Source: Mytilus trossulus
Lineage: Eukaryota
DNA length: 64,000 bases
Direction of reading: 5' to 3'
NCBI RefSeq assembly: GCF_036588685.1
Contig: NC_086374.1
Span: 30,752,001 to 30,816,000 of the forward strand
Within the stretch, counting starts at the first letter, position 1; each line of letters starts with the position of its first letter. Below, piece after piece: positions 25,212 through 39,300 of the stretch. The notes under the pieces were generated by a model that had not been told where the DNA came from, searched no databases, and saw only the letters and a program-made list of their open reading frames with translations. The translations under genes and the position numbers were made by a program.

Positions 25212-28200
25212 AAACTCAGAAATACCTAGACATGCGGCAGTTTATTTAATTTGACAAAAAGTATTTCTTTAAATAAAAGGACTGAGATAAATTGCTACCA
25301 AAAATATGTGTCTTCTAGGTTCAGAATTTTGTCATATTTGACACCAAAATAAGCGGTAATGTCGAATTTACGTTTGTTAAAGTTCTAACTGAAGTTTTTG
25401 AAGTTTTGATATACATAACACATTATCTTCCTTGCTCAGTATACAGATTTGGTATATTTGTTTTAATCACTGATTTTTTCTGTTTGCCTTCAATTTTTCT
25501 TTTTCAACAAAAAGATATTTTCTATAGTGTCAAAACTATGAAAAGGTATGACGATTCAACTTATAATGATTTTAAGGATTCCTTTATTGTACAGACAATA
25601 AATTATAGTTTTAAACTTCTCTCGACTGAAGTATTAAAAGTAATACTTATACAACTAGTGTCCAATACATTTTTGGCATTTTCGAATTTAAAATTAAACA
25701 GTTAGTTTAATCGATAATAATCTTTTGAGGTCCAAAGTGTTAGATTCGCTTTTCATATCCTTAAACTTTTTTTTATGTTATAAAATATAAATATATACTT
25801 ATCACTATTTTTGTAAAATAATGTTAGTGTATAAGTACAAAAAAGACTTGCAATATTCTTTTTCATGACAATAGTTTTAACCTCATGGGGAGGAATATAC
25901 TCATGATGAGATACTATATTCTAGTTAATTCCTGCGTTACCCTCATAAAGTCTAATTCCTGCATCACCCGCTCAGTAAGTGCAGTCTGAAATATTTAGAC
26001 GAAACGTACGTTGAATTGTACAGCAAATGTCATCAAATTCGTTTTGAAATTCGTTAATTTTCAGTGAGTTTTACCTTCAGTCATGTAGAATTGAAATTTT
26101 TATAAAATAAAATGTAAAAAAGAATATTTAATCGTTCAATTCTTTTATTGTAAAAGTGATCAATAAAGTATTCAAGAAGATACAGACTTTTAATTTTATC
26201 TTATATATTTAAACAGTATGTAATTAAGAAACTGGATACAAAGTTTTAAAGCAGTAGAATATAAAAAAAAATGTTATTTGAATTTATAAAAACGGGATAC
26301 CAATACTAAATTTATGAAACAAAAGTTTTAACATTTTTTTTCAATACCTGTTAGTTTTAATATTTAGTAGTTGGCGAGTCCTTTAAAAATTTAATCGTTT
26401 CATCAATGACGATAGATCTGTCTTTAGCTCTCGATTTTTGTTCATAAATAATGCTTGTGAGTCCATGTATGGTGACTATGCATATACAATATAAGGTCAA
26501 TTTCCGTAAAATATAAACTTTTTTGTATGAGGCTGAAAAACTAGGGAAGGACGAGGTTCTACTGAGCCCCTCCCCAGTTTTGTGCCGAGAACAAAAAAGT
26601 TCATATTTTTCTGACATTGACCTAATATTGTTTTTATACTGCAACCTAAAGTAATAAATTGATAGCTTTTTAAATCATTACACACATGTCAAACTTATTA
26701 TTATCCCTTAATGGACCCCTGATTATGGAGAAAGTGTTCCATGATGAAATTGACAGTATACAAAATATAGCTTTGTTACTATATTTATGAAATATAAAAA
26801 CTAGTTGAAGTATAAAAGCATTTATAACCATAAAAACTTGAAAAGCCTGTAAACAAAAGGTTTCATTTTAGAATGCATTTTCATGTCATTTAATATCATA
26901 ATACACATGTATAAAAAAAAGATATGCTATGATAGGCAATAAGACAACTCACCCCAAGAAACAAAATGACACAGAATTTAAAAACTATACGTCACCGTAC
27001 AGACTTCAACAGTGAGCAAAGCCCATGCCGAATAGTCAGCTATAAGAGACCCTGAAATGTTTTAATTAAATTTAATTAATTCAAACGAGAAAACTAATGG
27101 CCTAATTTAGGTACAACCGTCAACCACTGAATAACAGGCTCCTGACTTGGGACAGGCACATACATACTTAATGTGGCGGGAGTAAACATGTAAACTGGAA
27201 CACAATCCTCTACATAATCTGGTACAACATAAGAAAAAAGAATGAAAATCAGTTGAAAAGACTATGCAGTATGGGCTTTGCTCGATGTTGAAGGCCGTAC
27301 GATGACCTATAGTTGTTAATGTCTGTGTCATTTTGGTCTCTTGTGGATAGTTGTCTCATTGACAATCATACCACATCTCCTTTTTTATATCAATTCATCA
27401 GATAGATACAAATCGACATTACTTCTAAAAAAGACACAGAGTGGACGTGTCTGGGTACTTGTATATATAAACAACACAAATATAAGTTTCCTATTAAAAA
27501 AATGAATAACAAGGAGTCCAAGACTCTATCTGTCATTGGCGCATACACTAATTATAACGAGTTTGCTGAAACCTGTTGGTGAAACGACAATTACATTAGT
27601 CTTCCTTTTACTCGCTTCAATAATTGTTTTAAGAGAACACGTTGTATTCATAACAGAGTTCATTCTCTGTTGACTTTCTAAAACGTCGTCTACAGACGCA
27701 CACGCCATATTCAACAGGTACCGTTCATTGATGTTGACAAATCTGGAACCGAAACGTTCATAGTCTAGGTCATCATGAGCTAATACCGACTGTTAGCATT
27801 TGTCTATTCCGAAAGCAAACTGAATATTGTATAGGGGAGACCAACCTTGAAGTTGATGAACCAATGGTATGTCAAAATTCGTCATTTTTCTACAAAAAAT
27901 CCTTGGAAGATACCAGGACCCTAAATATTTCATATCACCTTCGCGAATATTATACACGATAGTTCTGTAACTTGTAAAGAGTCCATGCACGTTGTTTATC
28001 ATTTTAACTACGTGTTATTGTGTACTTTTATTACAAATCATTAAAAACTTCACTATTTTTTGCAAAATTTTGGTAATATCCTTTTGGCGTTGCTCGGTAT
28101 TTATATATCCGGCCGTTGTGTTATTGTGCTTTGATCATGTTTTGCATGTTTGATTTCTATTTGTGTTGATGTGCCCTGTCTTCAGAGTGCCTGCATGTCA

Positions 28201-28829
28201 TTCTGTTTCTTTTCTTTTCTGACACACTGATTAGTTTTTATAAGGATTTAGATGATAAAACAATGCTGACTGCTGTATCCAAATCTTTGGCATTTTACCT
28301 ATCATGTCTGTTTGTTTGTTATGCTCACACATTGTCGTCGATATAATTGAATTCTATGAAACTGTAATACAAGTGAGAGGTTTGCTAGCTTTAAAACAAA
28401 GATTAATACACCATGTTCTATATAAGTAAACGCGTATTCAGAGTCAGGAAAATGACAATTGCTTACTATTAATTTGATGTGTTTGAGCTTTTAATTTTTC
28501 AGTTTGATAAAAGAATTTAAGCTTTGTAGTTTCACAAATTGTTGTAAATTCGACAAACATGTGTCCTACATACCACAAGGGTTGACTAATGTATAGAAAT
28601 ATGGTAATCCATTGACTCTCCTGTCCGGCATTAAACATTTACTAAATAGGAACGTATGCTGATCGGCCAAAATATCACTATCATGTATATATTTTTGAAA
28701 TCTAAAATAAACTCATCATAGATACTAGGAATACAATTTCATATTAACGCCAGACGCGCGTTTCGTCTTCAAAAATAAGGACTATTTCGTATATCTAACT
28801 AAATACTTGTTTACTGATATCGGTCTATA

Positions 28830-29800
28830 ATATATGACATTATCTTGTTCACCTTTACCCCAGATAAAGTCCAGTCAATCTAGCAGAAATTTGACCCTAA
28901 CATTAAAGTATTTGCAACAGAATATTTTAAAGTTTTATAATCTTTAGCATTATACTCCAAATATGCACTGAAAAAAGCCCAATAAAATATTACTTGAGAA
29001 AAACTAGAAAAAAAAACGCGATTTAAAATTCCTATGGAGATTTGCAATGAGAAAGGGAGATAACTCTGCAAAAAAGGCTGAAATATCAATAAAAATTGAT
29101 GCACAATTTTAACTTTACCGCTTCTATTCAACAGAATGTATTGATTCTTGATAACTTACAACGCTAAAGTTGTTTTCATATCTTCTATCAAGCTACAACC
29201 TAGATTTCGTAAGTCATTAGTTGAATATTTATTGATTTTTTTCAACATGTGAAGGTAAAGAATCTCCAATTTAATAAAATATAATTAAGCATATACTCTT
29301 CTCTTTGTTGTTTAAAAAACAATGTAGATGCTGAACAAACAAAATATACAGATATAAGTTATACCATACCAAATTGTCACATTATTTTTTCAAAATATTC
29401 TCAAAGCCACAAATTTGCAAATTCTTAAACAAAAAATGCACATTCTTTTTTTAAATATATATACACATCACATTTGGGTGTTGTACATTTCATGAGCAGA
29501 AAACTATATAATATAGTCAAATACGAACTTATAACCCTATCAATACATCATACTTTACATACATTTTTAAGAAAATCAACCAAACTCTGACAAAAAAAGA
29601 CTCATTTTTGCGGAGTTATGTTAATTTCAATAGGAAAATTAAGAATGCTGATTTCGCGTTATTCTCAACTTATATTTTAAGGGACTTTTTTCTGTGTACA
29701 TTAAGGGTTTAATGCTGTAGATTAGAACTGAAACATTTTCTGATGCAATTAGTTTAAGGTTAAAACTTTGTTTGAATGTACTAATAAAAGATATGTCAGC
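28830..29800. mobile_element. Foldback-type element with ~250-bp imperfect inverted arms
   Basis: 28880-29075 matches the reverse complement of 29600-29775 (ataactctgcaaaaa / tttttgcggagttat, etc.). Confidence 0.6.
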
Positions 29801-30417
29801 TTATTTCCAATCACTGGGTACTATTTATGACTGTAAATAACGAATAAAACCCTCCAAAAACCTTATAAATTCTATTTTCTATCTCCATGAGGAGCACTCA
29901 AAGCCGATTATGTTAAAGGCAAATATGTATAAGAATCAAAACACATGAGAGAGCTTTACGACCAACAAGGACATTTTTTATTTTTACTTTTAAAGAAGTT
30001 TAAGCGAACGTGCAATGTTGTCTTATTGACACTCATACCACATCTACTTAGTTTGTTATTTCTAAAGAAAAAAAATTTGAACATTAGATTACATCCTCTA
30101 TACTGAACCCACAACTTCTTTTAGTCACTCGAATAATAAAAAAATCAACACTCGCTTAAAATAAAATACCTAACTTGAATATTTTGTTTTCTGAAAAACA
30201 GATTAAACATGCTATGCATGTCCAGAGATACCAGTTGTCAAGAATATAACATTGACCTATGAAATAACTGTCAAAAAAATTGGTATTACCTGGTTAGATA
30301 AATCATATCATCATAATTACTAATTGATTGTAGGAAATATCGAATGCTACGATCATATTTTATACGTGCATGCTGTCAAAAACTATCATGATTCCTATTT
30401 ATTGTTAAATATAATAA

Positions 30418-30653
30418 GGGACGACATCAAAAAATCAATGAAGGATACAAAACTTAATTCAAATAGATTTTTTTTTTGGGGGGGGGGGGGTCAAATTGCT
30501 GCAAGTTTTGTATAAATTGACATCGAATTTACATATATCATTATTGGTCAATCATTTTTTCTCAAATTGAGTTAAGAGGGGGGTAGGGTGAGTGAAACAA
30601 CTATATAAATTAAGTTTTTTTTTTATCCTTCATTGAACTTCTGATGTTGTCCC
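30418..30653. mobile_element. PIF/Harbinger-like MITE (TAA/TTA flanks); partial second copy at 32640-32805
   Basis: taa|GGGACGACATCAAAAAATCAATGAAGGATA ... TATCCTTCATTGAACTTCTGATGTTGTCCC|tta; internal poly-G. Confidence 0.68.
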
Positions 30654-33314
30654 TTAGTAATCTTCATTCAGTGTTGATTTTCATATAACAAACGTCTTAT
30701 GCTGATTAGCATTCCACACAAAAAGCTAGAATAATTTATTTCATAAAAAGACCGATAAAACTGACAGCATTATATAGCATATTTTGCATATATGATAAAA
30801 TAAAAACCCTACTTTGATGAATTATTTATGACATTTAAAATAGTCGTAGGTTAAAAACATACTGAAGGTCGTTGATTCATGTAATACTATTTCATATTTT
30901 TTTTAATTTTATATTGAATTATTTCATATTTTTCGTGCCAAGGTCTCTTATTGTCTATCATACGGTTTGATATTTTCTCATGGCCGAAGGCCGTATGGTT
31001 GCCTATAATTGCTTACATCGACACCATACCACATCGTCTTATTCTTATATTGCTTACAGTTCATTTTTTATGTTGAAAAAAGCGGTGTTCACACCTTTAT
31101 CAGATTTCTGTATTATTGATATTAGTACCAATTGAATAAGATATTTTTATATACATGTAAATTACAAGTAAGGTGAAATATTTTATGGTTCAGACAATGT
31201 TACCTCAATAAATTTCTTGCATCGACCCAGGTCAAAACACGGTTCAAAACGGTACTGAATAACAGTACAACGAAACAGCCTATGATGTTAATCTTGATAA
31301 GGATTCCATGATTTTGTATCGATTGTATTATAGGTAAAGACTGGTAAACATTAGAACTAAAACACAAAAGTTTTGATTTGCAGGTAAAATTTTGATCAAC
31401 AATGACAGGATGAAATATTTTGTTGTCGATTATACTGTATGGATTTGAATTAAAAAAAAAGACGGCGCAAAAATAAAATGGCCGTGCAATATCCTCATGG
31501 ATATTCAAGGTCGTCGTGTGAGCAAAGGAATTTAGTCTTAGTTTAGTATATATGCATGTATTGGTTCAATAATTTTCCCAGAAACTCTTATCATGTGACT
31601 TTCAACTATCATTATTGCGAAGCCGATAACCTAAAGGCTATGAGCGTCATTTGGTAGGTTTTTTTTTTTATCAATTTGAATGCTGATAAAAGAAATGCGT
31701 CACCTATCCAAAATTACAATTGAATTGCAAACAGTTGCATATATCAATAAATGGGTAGTATATATAAACATTCATCTTTTAATTCTATTGTAAATAAGTC
31801 AGCATTTTCAAAATAAATGATTTTCAACCTAGTTTTCGAAAGAACCAAAGGAAACAGTTAACACCGGTCATTTTTGTTTTCAAACGATGAAATTTGTTTT
31901 TCAAACCTGATTTTTTTTTCTTCAAACGATGAAAATACAATTATCTTTACTTTGACAAACCAAAAATCCAAAAATCGCCACTTTTAGCTAGTTTTTCAAC
32001 ATGCAACTTCATTAATGATCCAGAATTGTCAAATTGATTCTGAAAAATCAAATACGTTATAAGCTTGGTATTGAAGGCCGTAATCTGACCTTAAATTGTC
32101 ATTTCTTTTACATTCTCTTGCGAATTGAGAGTTATCTCCTTGGCACTCATACCATATCTTGGTACTTATCTAGCCATGTAATAAATCAAAAATGATTTTA
32201 AAAGGCTTTACGCACCCTAATTTACCAAAATGTCGAAAGTAAGTTTATCGAAGCTTATGACTTACTCTCTGATCGTAGGAATATACTCATCATTGATACC
32301 AAAAGATTGAAATTTTGTACGCCAGATGGGCACTTGGTCTACAAAAGCAACATATGTCTTCCCCAGGGCATATATATTAGACATTTTTGAAAAAAAGTTT
32401 AGTTTTCAATGCTCTTTAACTTTGTAATTGATTTTGTTTTCCAACTGTTTTGATTTTTGAATACTGAAGTATTTATGCAGATGAATTAGACGTCTGACGT
32501 ATTAAAGCGCAAGTCAATCATGGTTAATACAGTTTCTCAGCAATCTGAAAACAGAAAGTATCACTACAATATTCTGGTGATACTAGTATGAACTTTTCCA
32601 AAGTTTTACAGAGGTAACATTTAAAACCCGATTTTGAATAAGATACGTACTGCTATAGTAAAATAGATTTTACATATATCCAAAGTGGTCTGAAATCATT
32701 TTTTTCTCAGTTCAAGTTAAGAGGTGGAATGGGGGGGGGGGGGGGGGGGGGGGGGTGACAAAAACTATGTGAATTTTCTACATTGAACTTTTGATGTGGT
32801 CCCTGAATCAAAAATTATTTAATCACATTTCAAGATGACGTTGTCAGTTTATTTTCGATTTATGAGTTCGACTGTTCATCTGGTATATATCGCCCCTCCT
32901 TTAAAACATTTTTTCTATTTGACGTGGTCAAATGTGGTTTTTGACAATGTTTTCATAACCAATACATCGCAATAAAATACAAAACAAATCATACTTGGTC
33001 TGTTCTAGTTTTACGTAAGCGTCTGCAATATGACAGTCGTCTTCTTTATAATTTATAAACTCAGTAAAGACATACATTTTTTTCGGGTAGATATCGCTAA
33101 TGAAAATTTGCATATGACGTTGGAACCCGATAACAATGAAATGCAATTCGCTGTTTTATTATCGTGTAGTGATATATCTTACAAAATGAGGAACCAATGC
33201 AGATTAATTCTGTGTATATTCATGGTAGATAGTAGAACGAAACTTTTTACATCCTTTATAAGAATGCATCGACGGTTTCTTTCTTTTCATTATACAACTA
33301 TTCTGTAAAACGAC

Positions 33315-36300
33315 ATGGAACATAAAAGTATAGTCGTGACTGCTTCTGTAAGTATGTATATAGAAAATAAATAACAGAGAGGCGAAAGATATCTAGAGAA
33401 CATTGACTTTCACGATTAATGGATAAACTGACGACTCAATGAAAACAATAGAAAAGGATAAAAGACACAAATAATAATGTCTTAATGACAATAAATCGTT
33501 TACTTGATTTATTATTTTATATTCTGTAATTTTTTGTTTATTATAGAATAAGCTTATAAAATAAAGATTTATTTAAATAGAGGATTAAAATTGAAATCTA
33601 GGTATTTGTTAGCCTGTATACATATACATTAATGCGTGCATGTACTTGTATAGCCTTTAGAAAGACCAGAATGCATGATTATATTTTAGTCAAACGATAT
33701 CATATCATGATTTGATTTATAAATATCTCTTGTTATTATTATATCAAAGTCGAAATAACACATATTTTTTTCTCTGAAATGGTAACGTGGTTTTACCTCA
33801 TCCCGTAATGTGACGACCGCATCAAATAATGATAAACACATCCTGAAGTATAAAATTGTCAAAGTTTGAAACATCATTCCGTAATGTCAAAGACGTGTAA
33901 AGATTTTGCCATTTGATTAGGGGCCTTCCATTTTGAAATTTCCTCGGAGTTGAGTACTTTTGTGACTTAACATTTTACAAAGATATCTGCATTCTTCATC
34001 TTTTCCTTTGTTTGTAATAATATACTTAAAAAAAACATGACATTAAAATATATTTCATTTTGTTTTTCAGGTGCCAGTTATTTATGATATGCTGTTGGTT
34101 ATCATCTATCTCTTTATCGGTAAGACACCATTTTAAATCATTCCTTTTTGGTTCAAAATATTTTATTATAATAATGTTTTATATTTGACATCTAACTGAT
34201 AACAGAAATTTACCTTAAGCTAGATCTGAAATGTCAAGTGAAATAACTCCATATTATCAGATCCAGTATGATAACGTTGAATTGAAATCGATCGTTTGCA
34301 CTTTCGTCGTCCTTCGTTTTGTATATAAATACCACATGTTAAGATAGTCGGTAGACTAAAATCGTTGCATAATGTGATAGTAACCTTATATGATATAAAT
34401 AGGGTCAGTTAATTCCATAAAGGGAATTTACTGATCCCATATTCATTTTATAGGTCACTAGATCATCTTACCTCTTATAGATTAATGGGGATATAATTGG
34501 TTGACGGACAACACGTGTTGATTATATATTTATTCGGTATAGGGTGCTCTAAAAAAACATTTTAACTTACAATATAGAGTTAGCAAACATATGGGGTTAG
34601 TAAGGAGTTACTTCCTTTTCCAAACATAAAAGAAAGCTGAAAGTTATTAACAGACGAAGAAACTAATAATAAACGATTGAAATACATATATAAACAAATT
34701 TAAAGCTAACACGTCAACGTTGTTCTGGTTGACATTTGTCTTTTGTAAAGACAAATGGAAGTAGATTCGTTAACATGTTAAAACTAAGTACTGTGGATTC
34801 ATTAATATTCGTTGGGTACTAATTTTCGTGGATTTCGTGGTTACAGGCGAACCATGAATTTAAATGTTCAAAGAAATGTATGTTAACTTTGCCAAAATCA
34901 CCGGAGCACCTGAGTTCACCCCTAGGTTTTGGTGGGTTCGTGTTGCTTATTCTTCAGTTTTCTATGTTGTGTCATGTGTACTATTGTTTGTCTATTTGTC
35001 TTTTTCATTTTTAGCCATGGCGTTTTCAGTTTATTTTCCATTTATGAGTTTGACTGTCCCTCTGGTATATTTCGTCCCTCTCTAATATCCTTGAATTTGC
35101 AAGATTTTTTCTCAATCGATGAAAATTAGTACCCACGAAAAGAAATCAATCCATGGTATTGAAGACTTTGATAGGCCAATAGTATAAAATGATACATGTG
35201 AAGACAGTCGGCAAGATAAATTCGTTACACGGTGTGCTAGTGGCCTGATACGATATGTATGGGTCAGTTAGTGTTATTGGGGATTCGAGCTTTGCTTTCA
35301 CCTCATATGGAATTAACTGTGTAACTAAAAATATATATGAGAATATGGGTCTTTGTGGTTAAGATATAACTTATTGGCAAGAAAATACGGATATTTTTTA
35401 ATCGAAACTTTTTGTTATAAAATTGTAGAAGTCATTTTACATTAAGGAATCGTTCTCCCTTAGGTATTTGTCCGATTACTTTTCCGGGTTAAATTACCCT
35501 TTTAGTCCTTATAATATTTAACAAAATACATTTTAATGTTCGAACATGTTTGTCCCAAAGGCAAATGAATTATCATAATCTCATCTGTTGCAGTAAATAT
35601 TTTTTCATAAAGTGCGGTAATTTTATTACAAATAGACTGTCAGGCACTTATGGGACTTTAATTCTTTTAATATAAAGTACAAATAAATAAAACATTGGAC
35701 GTAAAGTGGACAACACATATTCTAAAGAGTCTTCCAATTTAATGGTTCAGTTCTTATATGTAGTGTTTGATAATCATTTGTTTTATTTTTACCTTGTTCT
35801 TCGGTATTTTCGCAATGACGTTGCAGTGTAAGTTTTTGACTTATGAGTTTCGAATCGGCCATTTTCCGTTCTTGTTAAATCAATAGTTTTCGTTTTATGC
35901 CTTGCATGAATCGTCAATAGATGTACGAGATAGCATCAGTAAACTACTGTCACCTGTCACCTATTTTTCCCCCGAACAGTTGGTATTACAATATAAACTT
36001 TATTCCCACGTCAACTGAAAGACTAAAACTAAAACAAAACCTTCTTAAAAAATGAAAGTGATAAGTTAAGCTGTATAATTCAAGCTCCAAATCGATTTTG
36101 TTTACAAGTGCTTACACCTCATATATATAATATATATATATATCAACGGGAATTTGAAATTGAGTATACTACAGAAACTTGAAGATACCAAACATCAACT
36201 TGAAATAGTCGACTTTATAGTAGATATGATGACAAACGCGGATATCCTAGTTTGTTCATTGTCATGCATCTTCCCATTTGGAAGTAGTAGCATATTAAAA

Positions 36301-39300
36301 AGTGCCTGTCCAAGTCAAACGAAATTCATTGACAACGATGTATTTCAGACTAAAAGAACTCCTCAATCATAATATCTAGAAAGAAAGACTAAACTTGATA
36401 AATTTTGCGTCATCATCAAGATTTGATAGACCAATATATCTGATTCCTACTCTCGAGAGGTATATATCTATAGTCAAAGATCTTGAGATACTTGAATGTT
36501 TGCATAAGCCTTTAATTTACAGATTGTGCACTTTTCTTTTTCGCTACGTTTTTATTTGAGAAACGATTAGCATAGCGGATGATAGATATAGGAAGATGAT
36601 GTAAAAGTGCCAATGATACAACGCTTCAAAATCCAAGTGATGCATGTATTACTGTCGATGCCTCACCAGCAGACATATCCGGTCTCTTCTCAGTATAAAA
36701 GGTCGAGAGTTTCAACCATTTCTTTTATCTGGATTTGTATACTCCAAATCAAGAATTTAAGGCACCATTAGTAAACTTCTATTGTCTCCTCTTTACATGT
36801 ACTTTAATTTTGATCGATTATCAAGATGCAGTTAATGAAACGATGATGGTATATCTTGACAGATCACTTGCGTTAATCCATTAGTGTGGGTAACAAGAGC
36901 TGAAAAGGTACTTGCCCGATCAATTTTTGTTAGATAACTTGTTCCTGTCGTCTGTTGTTATACGCCGAATTATTTACGATTATTGATTGTAATTTTCTTT
37001 ATACATTCGTTTAAGGTGTAAACGGAAAGGTTAAATGTTGGCCAGCAGCTATATCAACCGGTGAAAAGACAAGTCAGTTTTGCGATGATTTAGATGGTAC
37101 TCTATTGTACATGACAACTGGTTTACAGGAATCCCTTATGTATACGTTTAGAGCAAGTCTACTTACAGCGAACAGGGAGTAATTATTATGTTGTACTGTT
37201 TCTGTTGCAAAGTCATCATATCTGCAAAAAATCAACTCAAGTTTTGGAAAGTAAATGCTATCTAAAGTCATCGAATATGACCCTTTTAAAGGTATTAGTA
37301 TGGGTTATTGGCTTCCAATTCCCAATTGTGAATTACAGATAAACTTTGCTTGAGGTATTAGAAACATAATTTACGAATGAACAACAAATTGGAATGTTAT
37401 TTTTTTCTGATAACAAATACATTTATTTTGATTATTTATTTTTTCTAATTAAAGGCCAGATCATGTATGCACCATATAAGTCTAAATTGATGTCCTTATG
37501 AAAACATTTTTTTTTATGCATCTGCATTGCAATAGATAAACGAAGTGTGCGTATATCTGGATCTACGTACGAAGTTGGTGTTAATTTTTTAAGTATGAAT
37601 ACACTTCAAATTAAACGTTGATGGCTTACGGCGGTTTAATAATTTTTATATTTATAAAACCTTTGAAAGTTAGCACAAAAACACAAATATTTTCCGTTGT
37701 ATAACTTTTAAAATAAACATATTGATTTTCATTTTGCTCGTTTGCGGGAGAAATAATATTGGTATCTAGTTGTGAAATTCGTATTCCAGGACGGTTATTA
37801 TCTTAAAAAGGACTTTAAGACAATCGTCAAAATATAACATCAAATGGATAAATGTCTAGCTATATCCTTTCTTAGTTCAGTGGTTTAGTAGGGCAATAAC
37901 AATATGAATTAAGGTTGACACTATTTGAACACATACAGCTGATATTTGATTTTGAAAACATTACATAAAAGAAAGCAGATTACGAACTGTAAATAAGGTG
38001 CTTGATGATATGCAGTAAACATTTTTGATTTAAGTCAAATTAAGTTAATTTATCAATGTTGTTATTTTTTGTACTGAATTTCCTATATAATTATGGTATT
38101 TGAAATAATCATTAATGTTATTATCTAAAATTATGAAGTTTTTTTAGGCTTTAGCATAGCAAATAGCAAGTTTTACACTTTAAAATGTTCTATTTTTAGT
38201 GAAGTATTAACATGGACTAAGCACCGTGTCAATAAAGATCTTTATGACGAAGGAAGAACATACTACAGCGAATTTCCAAATAGTAATAATGTTCCATCTG
38301 TTGACGAATCTACCCTCTGTATTTATGCTATATTTTATCTAACCAATGAAACAATTGGATGGGTTCCGCTTAATTGTAATGACAACTTGAAAACCATGGC
38401 TTGTTGTCATTTTGGTATAATATGTCCGGGTAATTATTTGTTTAGTTTATCATATGTTTTCTTATATTGTTTTTTTTCTTCTATTATTGTTTTGCTGTTG
38501 TTATGTTTATGCAGTGTATTTAAAATGCGAATCCAGTTAGTTTAGTTTTAACTGTCGTATGCGAGTATGTCAATTGTAGAATAAAGGATAATGGGGAAAA
38601 CTTGTATGTTTTTTTGTGTATATTTTAACACAATTTCATATAACTTTAAAATGTATAACAACAGTATTAAAGTTTTAAAAAGTGTAATTAAAGCAGGTGA
38701 ATCAATAATATTGATGATTGAATGTTGTTCTTTGTAACTTCAAATTTGATGCATTATCACTGTAAATAGTTATCAAAGGTACCAGGATTATAATGTAATA
38801 CACCAGACGCGCGTTTCGCCTTCACAAGACTCACAAGAGACGCTCAGAAAAACATAGTTATAAAGAAAAACTAGCGCAAAGTTGAAGAGCATTGAGGACC
38901 CCCAAAAAGGGGGATATATTCCTTGGATAAGAAAATAATTCGTTTTTAGAAAGATTCAAAGCGTAAGGAAATGATTAAAATAACAATATATTTGATATTC
39001 ATGTCAACACCGAGGTGTTGACTACTACGAAACGTCCACCAGCAGTGGCATCGATCTAGTGGTAATTTATTTACGATGTTTTTCGGTAGAATAGTGTATT
39101 CCTATATTGTCAGAAATAATTAAAAAAAAGTGTGACGAAAATTGATCATAAAACAAGATTGTCTGCCTTATTTAGAAAATGTATGTACCACGTCAGGAAT
39201 GTGACAGTTGTTATCTATTCGTCTGATGTGTTTGAGTTTCTGATTTTGCATTTTGATAAATAACGGACTTTCCGTTTTGGACTTTCCTCTTAGTTCGGTA

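Noticed and set aside
25975-26020. Hammerhead-like gtctgaaatatttagacgaaacgtacgtt
   Set aside because: Has stem II, GAAA and a palindromic loop but no CUGANGA box; at most a relic
36700-37350. Protein-like minus-strand stretch (ORF 37074..37271)
   Set aside because: Multiple stops, no recognisable motif or splice framework
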